Notes: generated from the letters alone by a model not told the origin. Counted from the first letter of the stretch, positions 1-9,867 are shown. The stretch: DNA of 64,000 nucleotides from an uncultured cyanobacterium (GCA_963719515.1 CAVRCJ010000006.1:160001-224000), one strand, 5' to 3'. Translations and numbers: made by a program.

Positions 1-716
1 TCGCAGGCCCGGTGTGGCTGCTAGAGCGCCATCCCCATCCGATGTTTCCGGCATACCAAATTGACCCTGCCGAGTCGCGGGCGATGTTCCGCGACAAGGG
101 TTGGAAGACCGTCGTTGGGTTTCAGACCCGCAACCCCATCCACCGCGCCCATGAATATATTCAAAAGTGCGCCCTCGAAACGGTAGACGGTCTATTCTTA
201 CATCCCTTAGTTGGCGCTACCAAGAAAGACGACATCCCGGCAGATGTCCGCATGCGCTGCTACGAGATCATGGTCGATAAATACTTCCCTCAAGATCGGG
301 TTATTCTCGCGATCAATCCAGCGGCCATGCGGTATGCTGGTCCTCGAGAGGCTATTTTTCATGCGCTGGTTCGCAAGAACTACGGTTGCACCCATTTCAT
401 TGTGGGCCGTGACCATGCAGGCGTTGGTGACTACTACGGTACTTACGACGCCCAGCATATCTTTGGCGAATTTGACGGCGATGCCCTCGGTATTACGCCC
501 ATGAAGTTCGAGCATGCCTTCTACTGCACTCGGACAGAAACAATGGCAACAAGCAAAACCAGTCCCAGCACTAAGGAAGAGCGCATTCACCTGTCAGGAA
601 CAAAGGTTCGTGAGATGCTGCGTCGTGGCGAGATGCCTCCTGCGCAGTTCTCTCGGCCTGAGGTGGCAGCTGAGTTAGTGCGGGCGATGCAGCAACAAGC
701 GACGACAGGGGTCTAA
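1..716 (+). CDS. sat: sulfate adenylyltransferase (5'-truncated by window edge)
   Basis: [38 protein letters not shown] and [10 protein letters not shown] motifs; frame is open to the window start. Confidence 0.96.
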   Translation, partial: AGPVWLLERHPHPMFPAYQIDPAESRAMFRDKGWKTVVGFQTRNPIHRAHEYIQKCALETVDGLFLHPLVGATKKDDIPADVRMRCYEIMVDKYFPQDRVILAINPAAMRYAGPREAIFHALVRKNYGCTHFIVGRDHAGVGDYYGTYDAQHIFGEFDGDALGITPMKFEHAFYCTRTETMATSKTSPSTKEERIHLSGTKVREMLRRGEMPPAQFSRPEVAAELVRAMQQQATTGV

Positions 717-724
717 CGCACACT

Positions 725-3052
725 GTGAAACCAACGCGACGAGCATTTTTGCAGCGGACAGCTTGGGGGCTGGCATCGCTAGGGATAAGTCAGTCTGCTC
801 TGTCCCTAATAGCTCGTCGCTATCACAGCGCACTGGCCGCTCCATCTGCTCGAAAGATAGCCCTGCTGGTGGGGGTCAATCAGTACCCAGAAAACGTCTG
901 CGACTGCCCCCTGTCCCGGGGCTCGGCCCTGCAGGGGGCGGTAACCGATGTTGAGCTGCAGCGCGAGCTGCTCATCCATCGCTTCGGCTTTCAGGCCAGT
1001 GACGTCATTACGGTGACGGACGCGCAGGCGACTCGAGATGGCATTGAATCCGCTTTTATGTCGCATCTAGTCGGCCAAGTTCGGCCCGGGGATGTTGCGG
1101 TATTTCATTTCAGTGGCTTCGGTAGTCAAATTAGGTTTGCCTCTTCCGGAGAAGCGGGCGGCAGGACACCGGTCAGAAATAGCTTGGTGCCTATCGACGG
1201 GACGCTTCCAACGCCAGGGGATCCGACCGTCAACGATTTGATGGAAAGTACCCTAGTGCTGATGCTGCGATCGCTGCAGACCCGGCAGATTACAACCGTG
1301 CTTGACCTCAGCCACGCTGAACCCGGAACCACACTCCTCGGCGGCATTCGTATTCGCTCTCGCCCCAGCGTGCCCAGCGGTGACCTGAACCCAAAAGAGC
1401 TAGCGTTTCAAGAGCAGCTCTCCGCGCGGCTTGGCATCGGCAGTCGCCCAGACCGTCAACCTCTCAGCCAAGCTCCAGGTCTCATCCTGGCAGCTACCGA
1501 CAAAAACCGATTTGCGGCAGAAGGATACTGGAATGGCTTTAGCGCCGGTCTATTCACCTATGCCCTGACTCAGCAGCTTTGGTACACCACCCAGGCCACC
1601 TCAATCTACGTGGACATGAGTCAGGCCGCGGGACGCGTCGAGCAAATTGTCGGTCGGCTGCAGCAGCCTGTCCTGCTCTCCCGCGCCAAGCCATCGGCGA
1701 TCAAGCCGCTGATGTCGTCGTATCCAACGGTGCCCACGCAGCCCAGCGCAGATGGTGTGGTATCAGCGATAGAGTCTGACGGTCAGGTTTCCCTATGGCT
1801 GGGAGGTCTTCCGGCACTGGTGCTGGCTAACTACAATCCAGGGTCTTTGATGGCTGTAGTCAAAGCGTCTGACGGTCAATTGAGCGATCGCGTCTGGCTA
1901 CAGATCAAATCGAGAGAGGGCCTAACGGCAAAAGCAAAGCCGTTTACTAGGACTCAGGCTATAGCTCAAGCTGAGCCTGCCCAATCCGGTCAGATTATTC
2001 AAGAGCGGCTACGGGTCATCCCTAAGAATACGCCGCTGATTGTGGCGCTTGACTTCAGCTTAGAGCGAATTGAGCGCGTCGACGCCACTAGCGCTTTGGC
2101 GGCGATTCCTCGGATATCGTCCGTTGTCGCCGGGGAGCAGCCCGCAGATTATATATTTGGTAAGGCAGTTTCCCCGGTGCAAACGACGGCGCTGTCCCTC
2201 GATGCCTCTAGTGGCAAAGTGGCTATTCAAGGGGGCAACGTCTCCAACCGCGCTTACGGTTTATTTTCTTTAGGGCGCACGGCAATTCCCAGCACCGTAC
2301 TCGATACCGAAGAGGCTGTTAAAACCGCCGTCAATCGCGTAGCGCCCCAGCTGCGCTCGCTGCAGGCCGCGAAACTGCTTCGGCTGACGGAGAACGAGGC
2401 CTCGGCCCGGCTCGGGGTGCGGGCCACGCTAGAAATAGTCTCCCCGGAGGAGCGCGTTGTGATGCAGCATACGGCTCAGCGATCGCCCTGGACTGCGCCC
2501 GAGAGCCGGCTGGTATCCCTGCTCACCGGGCAGGGGACAGTTCCCTCTATCCCCAGCGGCAGCAAGATTCAGTATCGACTGCAAAACTTCAGCGATCGCC
2601 CCGTGTACTGTGTCCTGCTGGGGGTCGACAGCGACGGCAACGCCATTGCCCTTTACCCCTCGACAGCTCAGCGCAACAGAGACTCCGGGCAGGACGCCAG
2701 TCTAGTTGGCCCCGGGGAAACGATTGCCGTGCCGCCCCCTGCTGCGTCAGCCGAATGGCGCATCGACTCCCCTCCTGGTCTCGCCGAAACCCACGTCGTG
2801 TTCAGCGCAACGCCGCTCACCAAAACCGCAGCAGCCTTTGATGAAACCGTGCGCCCTACGGGAAACATCCGCCAGGTGAGTTCGCTCTCCGATCCCCTCG
2901 CGATCGCTCAGGCCATTTTGAGCGATCTGCACCGGGCGAGCGCAGACAAGCGAGTCGCGGGGCTAGAGATCAGCAGCGATGCCTATGCCCTGCATGTAGA
3001 CCAGTGGGCGACGTTGAGCTTTTACTATCGCGTGGATGAGGCAGCGTCGTAA
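725..3052 (+). CDS. caspase-like (peptidase C14) pseudo-orthocaspase with Tat-type signal and C-terminal DUF4384-like domain
   Basis: TRRAFL leader; ALLVGVNQY, LQGAVTDV and FHFSGFGSQ p20 motifs; catalytic His and Cys positions substituted. Confidence 0.85.
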   Translation: MKPTRRAFLQRTAWGLASLGISQSALSLIARRYHSALAAPSARKIALLVGVNQYPENVCDCPLSRGSALQGAVTDVELQRELLIHRFGFQASDVITVTDAQATRDGIESAFMSHLVGQVRPGDVAVFHFSGFGSQIRFASSGEAGGRTPVRNSLVPIDGTLPTPGDPTVNDLMESTLVLMLRSLQTRQITTVLDLSHAEPGTTLLGGIRIRSRPSVPSGDLNPKELAFQEQLSARLGIGSRPDRQPLSQAPGLILAATDKNRFAAEGYWNGFSAGLFTYALTQQLWYTTQATSIYVDMSQAAGRVEQIVGRLQQPVLLSRAKPSAIKPLMSSYPTVPTQPSADGVVSAIESDGQVSLWLGGLPALVLANYNPGSLMAVVKASDGQLSDRVWLQIKSREGLTAKAKPFTRTQAIAQAEPAQSGQIIQERLRVIPKNTPLIVALDFSLERIERVDATSALAAIPRISSVVAGEQPADYIFGKAVSPVQTTALSLDASSGKVAIQGGNVSNRAYGLFSLGRTAIPSTVLDTEEAVKTAVNRVAPQLRSLQAAKLLRLTENEASARLGVRATLEIVSPEERVVMQHTAQRSPWTAPESRLVSLLTGQGTVPSIPSGSKIQYRLQNFSDRPVYCVLLGVDSDGNAIALYPSTAQRNRDSGQDASLVGPGETIAVPPPAASAEWRIDSPPGLAETHVVFSATPLTKTAAAFDETVRPTGNIRQVSSLSDPLAIAQAILSDLHRASADKRVAGLEISSDAYALHVDQWATLSFYYRVDEAAS

Positions 3053-3143
3053 GGACCGCTGCCTGATAAGATTTCCGTAGGGACACGCGCTGTGCCCCTG
3101 CGCCACGTTGCTTGCCCAGCTCACCTCCGGCCTCGCCACAGTC

Positions 3144-3875
3144 ATGAAAAAGCTAATCAAAGGACTCCGCCAGTTTCAGTCGAGCTACTACAGCGAGCAT
3201 GCTGATGTGTTTGAGCACCTCGCCCACGGCCAAACGCCGCGAGTGTTGTTCATCACCTGCTCCGACTCTCGCGTTGACCCCAACTTGATTACCCAGTCTC
3301 AGGTGGGCGACATTTTCGTGATTCGCAATGCGGGAAATATTATTCCCCCCTTTGGAGCCACTAACGGCGGTGAGGGAGCGGCAGTGGAATACGCCATTCA
3401 CGCCCTCAACATCGAGCATGTGGTGGTGTGCGGCCACTCCAACTGCGGCGCAATGAAAGGGCTGCTGAAGATGGATAAGCTGGAGAACGAAATGCCCCTG
3501 GTGTACGAGTGGCTCAAGCACGCGGAGACCACCCGCCGCCTAATTCGGGAAAACTACGCCGATCGCTCACCAGAAGAAACTATCGAAATTGCGATCGCTG
3601 AGAACGTGCTCACCCAAATCGAAAACCTGCGCACCTATCCCGTAATTCGCTCCCGCATCCACCAAAACCGCATGTCGCTGCACGGCTGGGTCTACAACAT
3701 TGAGTCGGGTGAGGTCCATGCCTACGACCCTGTCAGCCACTCTTACCTACCGCCTCAGGCGCAGCTCAGCACCTACAACCCCGACCCTGAGGAGATGCCG
3801 CCCATCCATTTCCCAGGGGCGCGGTGGCTCTCCCCCCAGCAGTCTGAGCGCATCTATCGGGGGTCATCGTCATAA
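3144..3875 (+). CDS. ccaA: beta-class carboxysomal carbonic anhydrase CcaA
   Basis: ITCSDSRV and CGHSNCGAM Zn motifs; C-terminal WLSPQQSERIYRG peptide typical of CcaA. Confidence 0.9.
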   Translation: MKKLIKGLRQFQSSYYSEHADVFEHLAHGQTPRVLFITCSDSRVDPNLITQSQVGDIFVIRNAGNIIPPFGATNGGEGAAVEYAIHALNIEHVVVCGHSNCGAMKGLLKMDKLENEMPLVYEWLKHAETTRRLIRENYADRSPEETIEIAIAENVLTQIENLRTYPVIRSRIHQNRMSLHGWVYNIESGEVHAYDPVSHSYLPPQAQLSTYNPDPEEMPPIHFPGARWLSPQQSERIYRGSSS

Positions 3876-3907
3876 TTTTGGGCGCATCTGTGCCCCTACG
3901 GGCGAGT

Positions 3908-4477
3908 TTAGCAGTCGCGGTTATTGATGCGTCCGTCGGGCATGACGGTCCTACAAAGCTGGGCCGCGTTGAGCTGGGCCGGCAGAACTAGCGCATCGGT
4001 GAAGCGAGCCCGGGTCAGGTCAGCGCCGGATAGCGTGGCGCTGGCCATAAACGCGCCCTGGAGGTTTGCGCCGACTAGGCTCGCCCCCGATAGATTGGCC
4101 GAGTCCAGATTGGCCTCCTGTAGGCGAGCCCGATTGAGGTTGGCCTCACTCAGCCCGGCGCGATACAGCCGCGTGCGGCGCAGGTCGCTGCCCCGCAACG
4201 AGGCTCCCTCAAGGGTAGACCAGCTGAGGTCAGCGTCTCGCAGCGTCGCTTCGGTTAAGTTTGCGCCCCCAAGCTGGCTCGATTGCAGATCCGCACCCCT
4301 CAAATCGACCCGCTGCAGGTTGTGGCGGCTAAAGTCAGCCGTAACCAAGTTGCAGCCAATGCAGACGCCGGTATCTTCTAGCTGCTGGCGATCGCGGGGA
4401 GATTCTGCGGCGGCGGGCAGTCCGACGCTTGTCAATAGGGCCAAGAGTGGGAGGAACCGTAAGTTGAGGTTAAGCAA
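3908..4477 (-). CDS. secreted pentapeptide-repeat protein
   Basis: signal peptide, CIGCNL, many A(D/N)LxG/E repeats, LCRTVMPDGRINNRDC terminus. Confidence 0.9.
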   Translation of the reverse strand: MLNLNLRFLPLLALLTSVGLPAAAESPRDRQQLEDTGVCIGCNLVTADFSRHNLQRVDLRGADLQSSQLGGANLTEATLRDADLSWSTLEGASLRGSDLRRTRLYRAGLSEANLNRARLQEANLDSANLSGASLVGANLQGAFMASATLSGADLTRARFTDALVLPAQLNAAQLCRTVMPDGRINNRDC

Positions 4478-5327
4478 CAGCGTCTAAGGCCTCAGGCTGG
4501 GACGGGGAAACTGACGACTGCCCTGCAGGCATCAGCCGACCGTCTTCAAGATACACGACTTGGTCCGCCACTGACTGTAGCCTGGGGTCGTGGGTCACCA
4601 TTAGCACCGTGCGCCCTTTCTCCTTGGCCAGCTTGCGCAGCAGCTCAATCACGGTCTGACCGCTGTGGGAATCTAGCGCCGAGGTGGGTTCATCCGCCAT
4701 AATCAGCGGCGGGTTCCCGGCCAATGCCCGGGCGATCGCCACCCGCTGCTTTTGCCCGCCCGATAGGTCCCGAGGCAGGTGGTTGAGCTTGTCTCCTAGC
4801 CCCACTTCTTCTAGGAGCGTTTGGGCCTCTTGCCGCGCCGCTTGCTGCTTCCACCCCTTCATTTTGAGGATCACCTCAATATTTTCTGTGGCGGTCATCG
4901 CACCGAACAGGTTGAATCCCTGAAAGATGAAGCCGATATTGTGACGGCGAAAGCGGGCCAGCTCTTTGCGGTTGAGGCGCGTAATGTTGGTTCCCTGGAG
5001 GTAAACTTGCCCTTCGGTGGGCTGCAAAATCCCCCCCATAATTGACAGCAGGGTGGTCTTGCCTGAGCCAGAAGGCCCCATCAGCAGATGGATGTCGCCG
5101 GCCCTCACCGTCAGGTCAATGTTGTGGAGCACCTGAGTCGCCCGCGTCCCTGTGCCGTAGGTCATGCCCACCTGCTGCACCGCGATCGCTTGGGGCTCCG
5201 GCAGGGGCTCCTCGCCGCCTATGTTGCTACGGCCCGTGCGGGAAAACCGCTTCAAGCCAGCCTGCGTGGCTTGAGCTAGGGTATCGCTTACCGCTGACTT
5301 GCGCTTGAAGTTGAAGGTAGTGGTCAT
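4470..5327 (-). CDS. ABC transporter ATP-binding protein (DevA/LolD-like)
   Basis: GPSGSGKTT, LSGGQKQRVAIARAL, ADEPT and VTHD; start uncertain. Confidence 0.9.
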   Translation of the reverse strand: MTTTFNFKRKSAVSDTLAQATQAGLKRFSRTGRSNIGGEEPLPEPQAIAVQQVGMTYGTGTRATQVLHNIDLTVRAGDIHLLMGPSGSGKTTLLSIMGGILQPTEGQVYLQGTNITRLNRKELARFRRHNIGFIFQGFNLFGAMTATENIEVILKMKGWKQQAARQEAQTLLEEVGLGDKLNHLPRDLSGGQKQRVAIARALAGNPPLIMADEPTSALDSHSGQTVIELLRKLAKEKGRTVLMVTHDPRLQSVADQVVYLEDGRLMPAGQSSVSPSQPEALDAVA

Positions 5328-5574
5328 TAGCGTTCGCAGATCCAAACTTTGGTAAGGGGTGGATGAGGGCAGCGCGGAGTCGTCTCCCAACCGCTTTCCG
5401 GTTGCTATCACTGTACACAGGCTAGAGAATGAACCTGAGCGGACCCTATTCCAGAAATAAGATTGTCCCCACTGCGATGTGAGCGATCGCTGAGAAGACA
5501 AAGTCGATACGATGGGATTGACGCCGCATCGGACGGGCCAAAGTGCCTTGGCGAGTTCTTTTACTCGATTTACT

Positions 5575-6483
5575 ATGACCTTCGCTCAATCCCGCCTAGT
5601 TCTCAGTATTGCTAGACCACTCGCCGCAGCGGTCGCGCTAGGTGCCATACTCGCCGGAGGGTGCAGCAATTCTATTGGCCTAAACGATCTGCTGACGCTT
5701 CCGGATCAGGCCAATGCGTCGGAGCTCACCGTCGTTGGCTTTAATCTGGAGTCGGGAGATGCCGCCCCAGCCTATTTGGCGCGGGAATATATGGCTCCGC
5801 TGTCGGGTGTGGACCTGTGGGGCCTGTCTGAGGTGCAGAACGACAGCTGGGTGGAGGTGCTGGAGGCCGGCGCTGAGTCGGGAGAGCGAGCCGACTACAC
5901 CACTATCTTGGGCACAACGGGCGGCGGCGATCGCCTGGCAATTGTCTACAACGAGGCGCTGCTAGAGCTAATTGCGGTAGAGGAGCTGGCGGAGCTGAGC
6001 TTCGAGGGTCGGGTGCGGGCTCCTTTAGTCGCCCAGTTTCAGGTGCGCGATACGGCTCAGCAGTTTTTGTTTATGGTCAATCATCTCTATCGCTCAGACG
6101 CTGAAAAACGCCACCAGCAGGCCCGCTGGCTTAACCAGTGGGGGCGATCGCTGCCGCTGCCCATAGTCGCGGTGGGGGACTACAACTTTGATTTTGACGT
6201 GGTGAAGGGGGACGCCGGCAAGCGAGATTTGGGGTTCGACCTGATGACGGCGGAGGGAATATTTACCTGGGTGCGGCCCCAGCCCCTGAGCACGACCTAC
6301 TGCAGCGATCGCTATAACGGCATATTAGACTTCGTTTTTGTAGCCAACGAAGCGACCCAGTGGCCCGTGACCTCGACGACTATTCCCTATGCCGACACCG
6401 ACTACTGCCCCGACACGGCGGTGCAGAGCGACCACTTCCCGGTGATGGTGACGTTTGACCTGACGGATACAGTAGCGCCATAG
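5575..6483 (+). CDS. endonuclease/exonuclease/phosphatase (EEP) family lipoprotein
   Basis: GFNLE, GLSEV, GDYNFD, LDFVFV and SDHFPV; lipobox-like LAGGC. Confidence 0.85.
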   Translation: MTFAQSRLVLSIARPLAAAVALGAILAGGCSNSIGLNDLLTLPDQANASELTVVGFNLESGDAAPAYLAREYMAPLSGVDLWGLSEVQNDSWVEVLEAGAESGERADYTTILGTTGGGDRLAIVYNEALLELIAVEELAELSFEGRVRAPLVAQFQVRDTAQQFLFMVNHLYRSDAEKRHQQARWLNQWGRSLPLPIVAVGDYNFDFDVVKGDAGKRDLGFDLMTAEGIFTWVRPQPLSTTYCSDRYNGILDFVFVANEATQWPVTSTTIPYADTDYCPDTAVQSDHFPVMVTFDLTDTVAP

Positions 6484-6582
6484 ATCGGCTAAATGGGCGA
6501 TGTCTGAAGGTAAAGGCGACAGGCCCCACAACATTCAGATACTATGGGGCAAAACTCAGTTCATCATCCTAGAGTCTGCCCC

Positions 6583-7497
6583 ATGCACAGCTTTCTGCCT
6601 ATTGCCTACTTTGAGAACCAGTTCGTCCCCTTCGAAGAGGCCAATATCTCCATCGCCACCCACGCGCTGCACTACGGCACCGGCGCGTTTGGCGGCATGC
6701 GCGGCCTGCCTGACCCGCAAAACCCAGATAAAGCGCTGCTGTTTCGCCTCGACCGCCACTGCGATCGCCTCAGCACCAGCGCCCGCTTCTTGCACTACGA
6801 CCTGCCTGCCGACAAAATCCGCTCGGTGATTCTAGAGTTTGTGCAAAAGAACCAGCCTAAGACCTCGTTCTACATCCGTCCGTTCGTCTACACCTCAGAC
6901 CTGGGCATCGCTCCCAGACTGCACAACGTGCAGAAAAACTTCTTTATCTACGGCATCGAGCTAGGAGACTACCTCTCTCCCGACGGCGTCAGCTGCCGGA
7001 TTGCCTCCTGGTATCGGCAGGAAGACCGCAGCCTGCCCCTAAGAGGCAAAATTAGCGGAGCTTATATCACCTCATCGCTAGCCAAGACCGAGGCCGTTGA
7101 CTCGGGCTTCGACGAGGCGATCTTGCTCAACTCTCAGGGCAAGGTGAGTGAAGCTACGGGCATGAATATCTTCGTTGTGCGTAACGGCACGATCATTACC
7201 CCTGGGTTTGAGCAGGACATCTTGGAAGGAATCACCCGTGACAGCGTCTTGACCCTTGCCAAAAATTTGGGCATCCCCGTGCAGGAGCGTCCCATTGACA
7301 AATCCGAGCTGTTAATTGCCGACGAGGTTTTCCTCAGCGGCACTGCAGCAAAAATTACGCCCGTGAAGCGGGTTGAAAACTATAGGCTCCCTGAGGAGCG
7401 GCCCATCACCGAGCAGCTGCGGCAGACTCTCACCGCGATTACGGAGAACCGAGAGCCTGCATACCGAGACTGGATTACGTCCATCGAGCTAGCTTAA
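6583..7497 (+). CDS. ilvE: branched-chain amino acid aminotransferase
   Basis: THALHYGTGAFGGMRG, GKISGAY, EATGMNIF, ILEGITR and ADEVFLSGTAA. Confidence 0.95.
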   Translation: MHSFLPIAYFENQFVPFEEANISIATHALHYGTGAFGGMRGLPDPQNPDKALLFRLDRHCDRLSTSARFLHYDLPADKIRSVILEFVQKNQPKTSFYIRPFVYTSDLGIAPRLHNVQKNFFIYGIELGDYLSPDGVSCRIASWYRQEDRSLPLRGKISGAYITSSLAKTEAVDSGFDEAILLNSQGKVSEATGMNIFVVRNGTIITPGFEQDILEGITRDSVLTLAKNLGIPVQERPIDKSELLIADEVFLSGTAAKITPVKRVENYRLPEERPITEQLRQTLTAITENREPAYRDWITSIELA

Positions 7498-7507
7498 GCG
7501 CAGGGGG

Positions 7508-7899
7508 GTGACATCCTCCCGACGCTGACAGCAAGCTGTACAGCGCGGGCTTCCTCAGTGACTCCCAGCTATTGCCGAGACATATCCTGAGATAGGTTTA
7601 TACTCCGCCTGATGCCCCACGGCAGAGTTTTGAATTTTCATCTCCGCGAGGGAGGATACGCACTATGTGTCGCAGATACATTTGCAAACTGAGGAACGGG
7701 TGACTTGCAGCTTTCGCCTACGGGCCCGTCACACTCTTTGCGGGGTGTATCACCTTGCTATCTCTATCATACCAACTGCTAGCCTCAGCGCTGAGCGCAC
7801 TATCCGCTGTGCATCATTTTGCGGGCGCACTTCGGCTAGCGCGACTCTCATCCCGACGCTCACCCTGACGGGTAGAGCGCGGGGCTTCCTGTCTAGTAG
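7508..7899 (-). mobile_element. non-autonomous IS200/IS605-family element, copy 1 (392 bp)
   Basis: subterminal GC hairpins at both ends; minus strand begins after TTTAG and ends GTCAC; no target duplication; nearly identical to 8886-9277. Confidence 0.8.
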
Positions 7900-8856
7900 C
7901 TAAAGTGCAGCAGCTCGTTTCTGCACCTTCTCTATCGTCAATGGTCCAGCAATGCCGTTGACGACTAGATCGCTAGCCTCCTGAAATCGCTTTACGGCAG
8001 TTTCCGTAGCGCTGCCATAGTAGCCGGTCAGCTGCTGCTTGCTGTAATAGCCGATGTCAGCGAGCTGGGTTTGCAGGCTTAAAACTTCTTGGCCGCGATC
8101 GCCCAAGTAAAGCACATTCCCCACGGCAGCAGTTGTGGGCACGGTGACGGGGCGGACCGGGGCAGCTGCCGGCTGCGCGACGTTTAAGACTGCAGCTTGA
8201 GTCGTCGGCTGATCGACGGCTAGCTCCGCAAGGGTGACAGGTCCGGCAATGCCGTCCGCTGTTAGCCCATTTGCCTGCTGAAAGCTGATGACAGAGGCTT
8301 CGGTAAGGGTGCCGTAGTAGCCTGTAACCGGTCCGCTGTAGAATCCAGCGGTGGTCAGCGCGTTCTGCAGGTCGCTAACGGCGTTACCCTGATTGCCGCG
8401 GGCGAGAAATCCGGCGGTGGCATCAGCGGTGGGGGCTGGTGATGGCGCTGCGCCTGTGCCCTGAATAGCAGCTAGAGTGTTGGAGCCCGCCACGCCGTCT
8501 ACCGCCAATCCCCGGGATGACTGGAAATCTTGGACAGCCGCTTCGGTAAGCGAGCCATAGAAACCGGTGACGGGGCCGCTGTATGCGCCAGCGGCGGCCA
8601 AATCTTGCTGAAGCTGGGTGACGGTGACGCCAGAGTCTCCTCGCCGCAGCGCCGCGGCAGCGCTACCGGTGGCGAGAATGAGGGAGGCTCCGCAGGCAAG
8701 GGTGAGAGCATGACGAGACGCGCTGTTAATGACCTGTCTGGCGTCGTCGAATGAGGCAGAAAAATCGATGTTGTCGTCGATAGGGTTTGCTGCGGCTGAG
8801 ACAAGGGCGTCACAGTCCTGGGCAGCAAGACCGTAGAGATATCCAATTGATTCCAT
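7900..8856 (-). CDS. peptidoglycan-binding protein (three PG_binding_1 repeats)
   Basis: three LxxGxxGxxVxxLQxxL..GxY.G.VTG.YG..TE.AV..FQ...GL.VDG.AG repeats. Confidence 0.9.
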   Translation of the reverse strand: MESIGYLYGLAAQDCDALVSAAANPIDDNIDFSASFDDARQVINSASRHALTLACGASLILATGSAAAALRRGDSGVTVTQLQQDLAAAGAYSGPVTGFYGSLTEAAVQDFQSSRGLAVDGVAGSNTLAAIQGTGAAPSPAPTADATAGFLARGNQGNAVSDLQNALTTAGFYSGPVTGYYGTLTEASVISFQQANGLTADGIAGPVTLAELAVDQPTTQAAVLNVAQPAAAPVRPVTVPTTAAVGNVLYLGDRGQEVLSLQTQLADIGYYSKQQLTGYYGSATETAVKRFQEASDLVVNGIAGPLTIEKVQKRAAAL

Positions 8857-8885
8857 GGCTGACCTGACTGATAACGTCTATGTAT

Positions 8886-9277
8886 GTGACATCCTCCCGA
8901 CGCTGACAGCAAGCTGTACAGCGCGGGCTTCCTCAGTGACTCCCAGCTATTGCCGAGACATATCCTGAGATAGGTTTATACTCCGCCTGATGCCCCACGG
9001 CAGAGTTTTGAATTTTCATCTCCGCGAGGGAGGATACGCACTATGTGTCGCAGATACATTTGCAAACTGAGGAACGGGTGACTTGCAGCTTTCGCCTACG
9101 GGCCCGTCACACTCTTTGCGGGGTGTATCACCTTGCTATCTCTATCATACCAACTGCTAGCCTCAGCGCTGAGCGCACTATCCGCTGTGCATCATTTTGC
9201 GGGCGCACTTCGGCTAGCGCGACTCTCATCCCGACGCTTACCCTGACGGGTAGAGCGCGGGGCTTCCTGTCTAGTAG
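8886..9277 (-). mobile_element. non-autonomous IS200/IS605-family element, copy 2 (392 bp)
   Basis: direct repeat of 7508-7899 (one difference seen, C7861 vs T9239); same TTTAG / GTCAC boundaries. Confidence 0.8.
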
Positions 9278-9308
9278 CTAAATCATAAATTAAGAATTTA
9301 TGATTTAG
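9278..9308. promoter_or_regulatory. perfect 14-bp inverted repeat upstream of a TATAAT box
   Basis: CTAAATCATAAATT-AAG-AATTTATGATTTAG; TATAAT at 9319-9324. Confidence 0.4.
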
Positions 9309-9381
9309 GGTGTCAACCTATAATAGTGGTTCGAAGGGTGTCATAAGAAGAGCCAGAAGAGCCATATCGAGAGCGATCGCA

Positions 9382-9867
9382 ATGAGTGTGATTGGGCTGC
9401 TGCGCGAGTATGGGGAGAGGCGAGATTTTGGCACCATAAGGCCCTATCGGACAAGCGACTTCGAGACCGTAATTCAGCTTTGGTGGACCTCTTGGCACTC
9501 TTCATCAGGTTACAAACACCACAGACCGATCGCCGATTGGAAGCGGCGCTGGCGTGATTTGGAACATACCCACACGATTGCTGTGGTAGAGCACCGAGGT
9601 AACATCATTGCCTTTGTGGCACTGAACGCTCAGACCTGCCTGCTCTCTCAGCTTTTTGTATCGCCCCTTTGGAAGCGAAAGGGTATTGGCAAGCAGCTAA
9701 TACGGTGGGCGGCGTCGCACTGCCCGAAGGGATTTAAGCTTGAGACCGCTGCTGACAATCGGGAGTCGAGAGCCTTTTATGAGGCATTGGGACTGGTGGA
9801 AATAGCCCGCAGCATCAACGACTTTAACGGTAGAGAGCAGGTCGAATACTCGACCCGTCAGCCGTAA
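9382..9867 (+). CDS. GNAT family N-acetyltransferase
   Basis: IRPY, LSQLFVSPLWKRKGIGKQLI and N..SRAFYEALG; start uncertain. Confidence 0.85.
   Translation: MSVIGLLREYGERRDFGTIRPYRTSDFETVIQLWWTSWHSSSGYKHHRPIADWKRRWRDLEHTHTIAVVEHRGNIIAFVALNAQTCLLSQLFVSPLWKRKGIGKQLIRWAASHCPKGFKLETAADNRESRAFYEALGLVEIARSINDFNGREQVEYSTRQP

Noticed and set aside
7667..7903. 78-aa ORF (and its twin at 9045-9281) as a real gene
   Set aside because: Antisense to the element's inferred orientation, no recognisable motif, and spans the terminal hairpin.
7508..9277. Repeat pair as a DGR template/variable repeat or a group II intron
   Set aside because: Only one difference seen, no adenine-specific variation, and no reverse transcriptase; the ends fit IS200/IS605.
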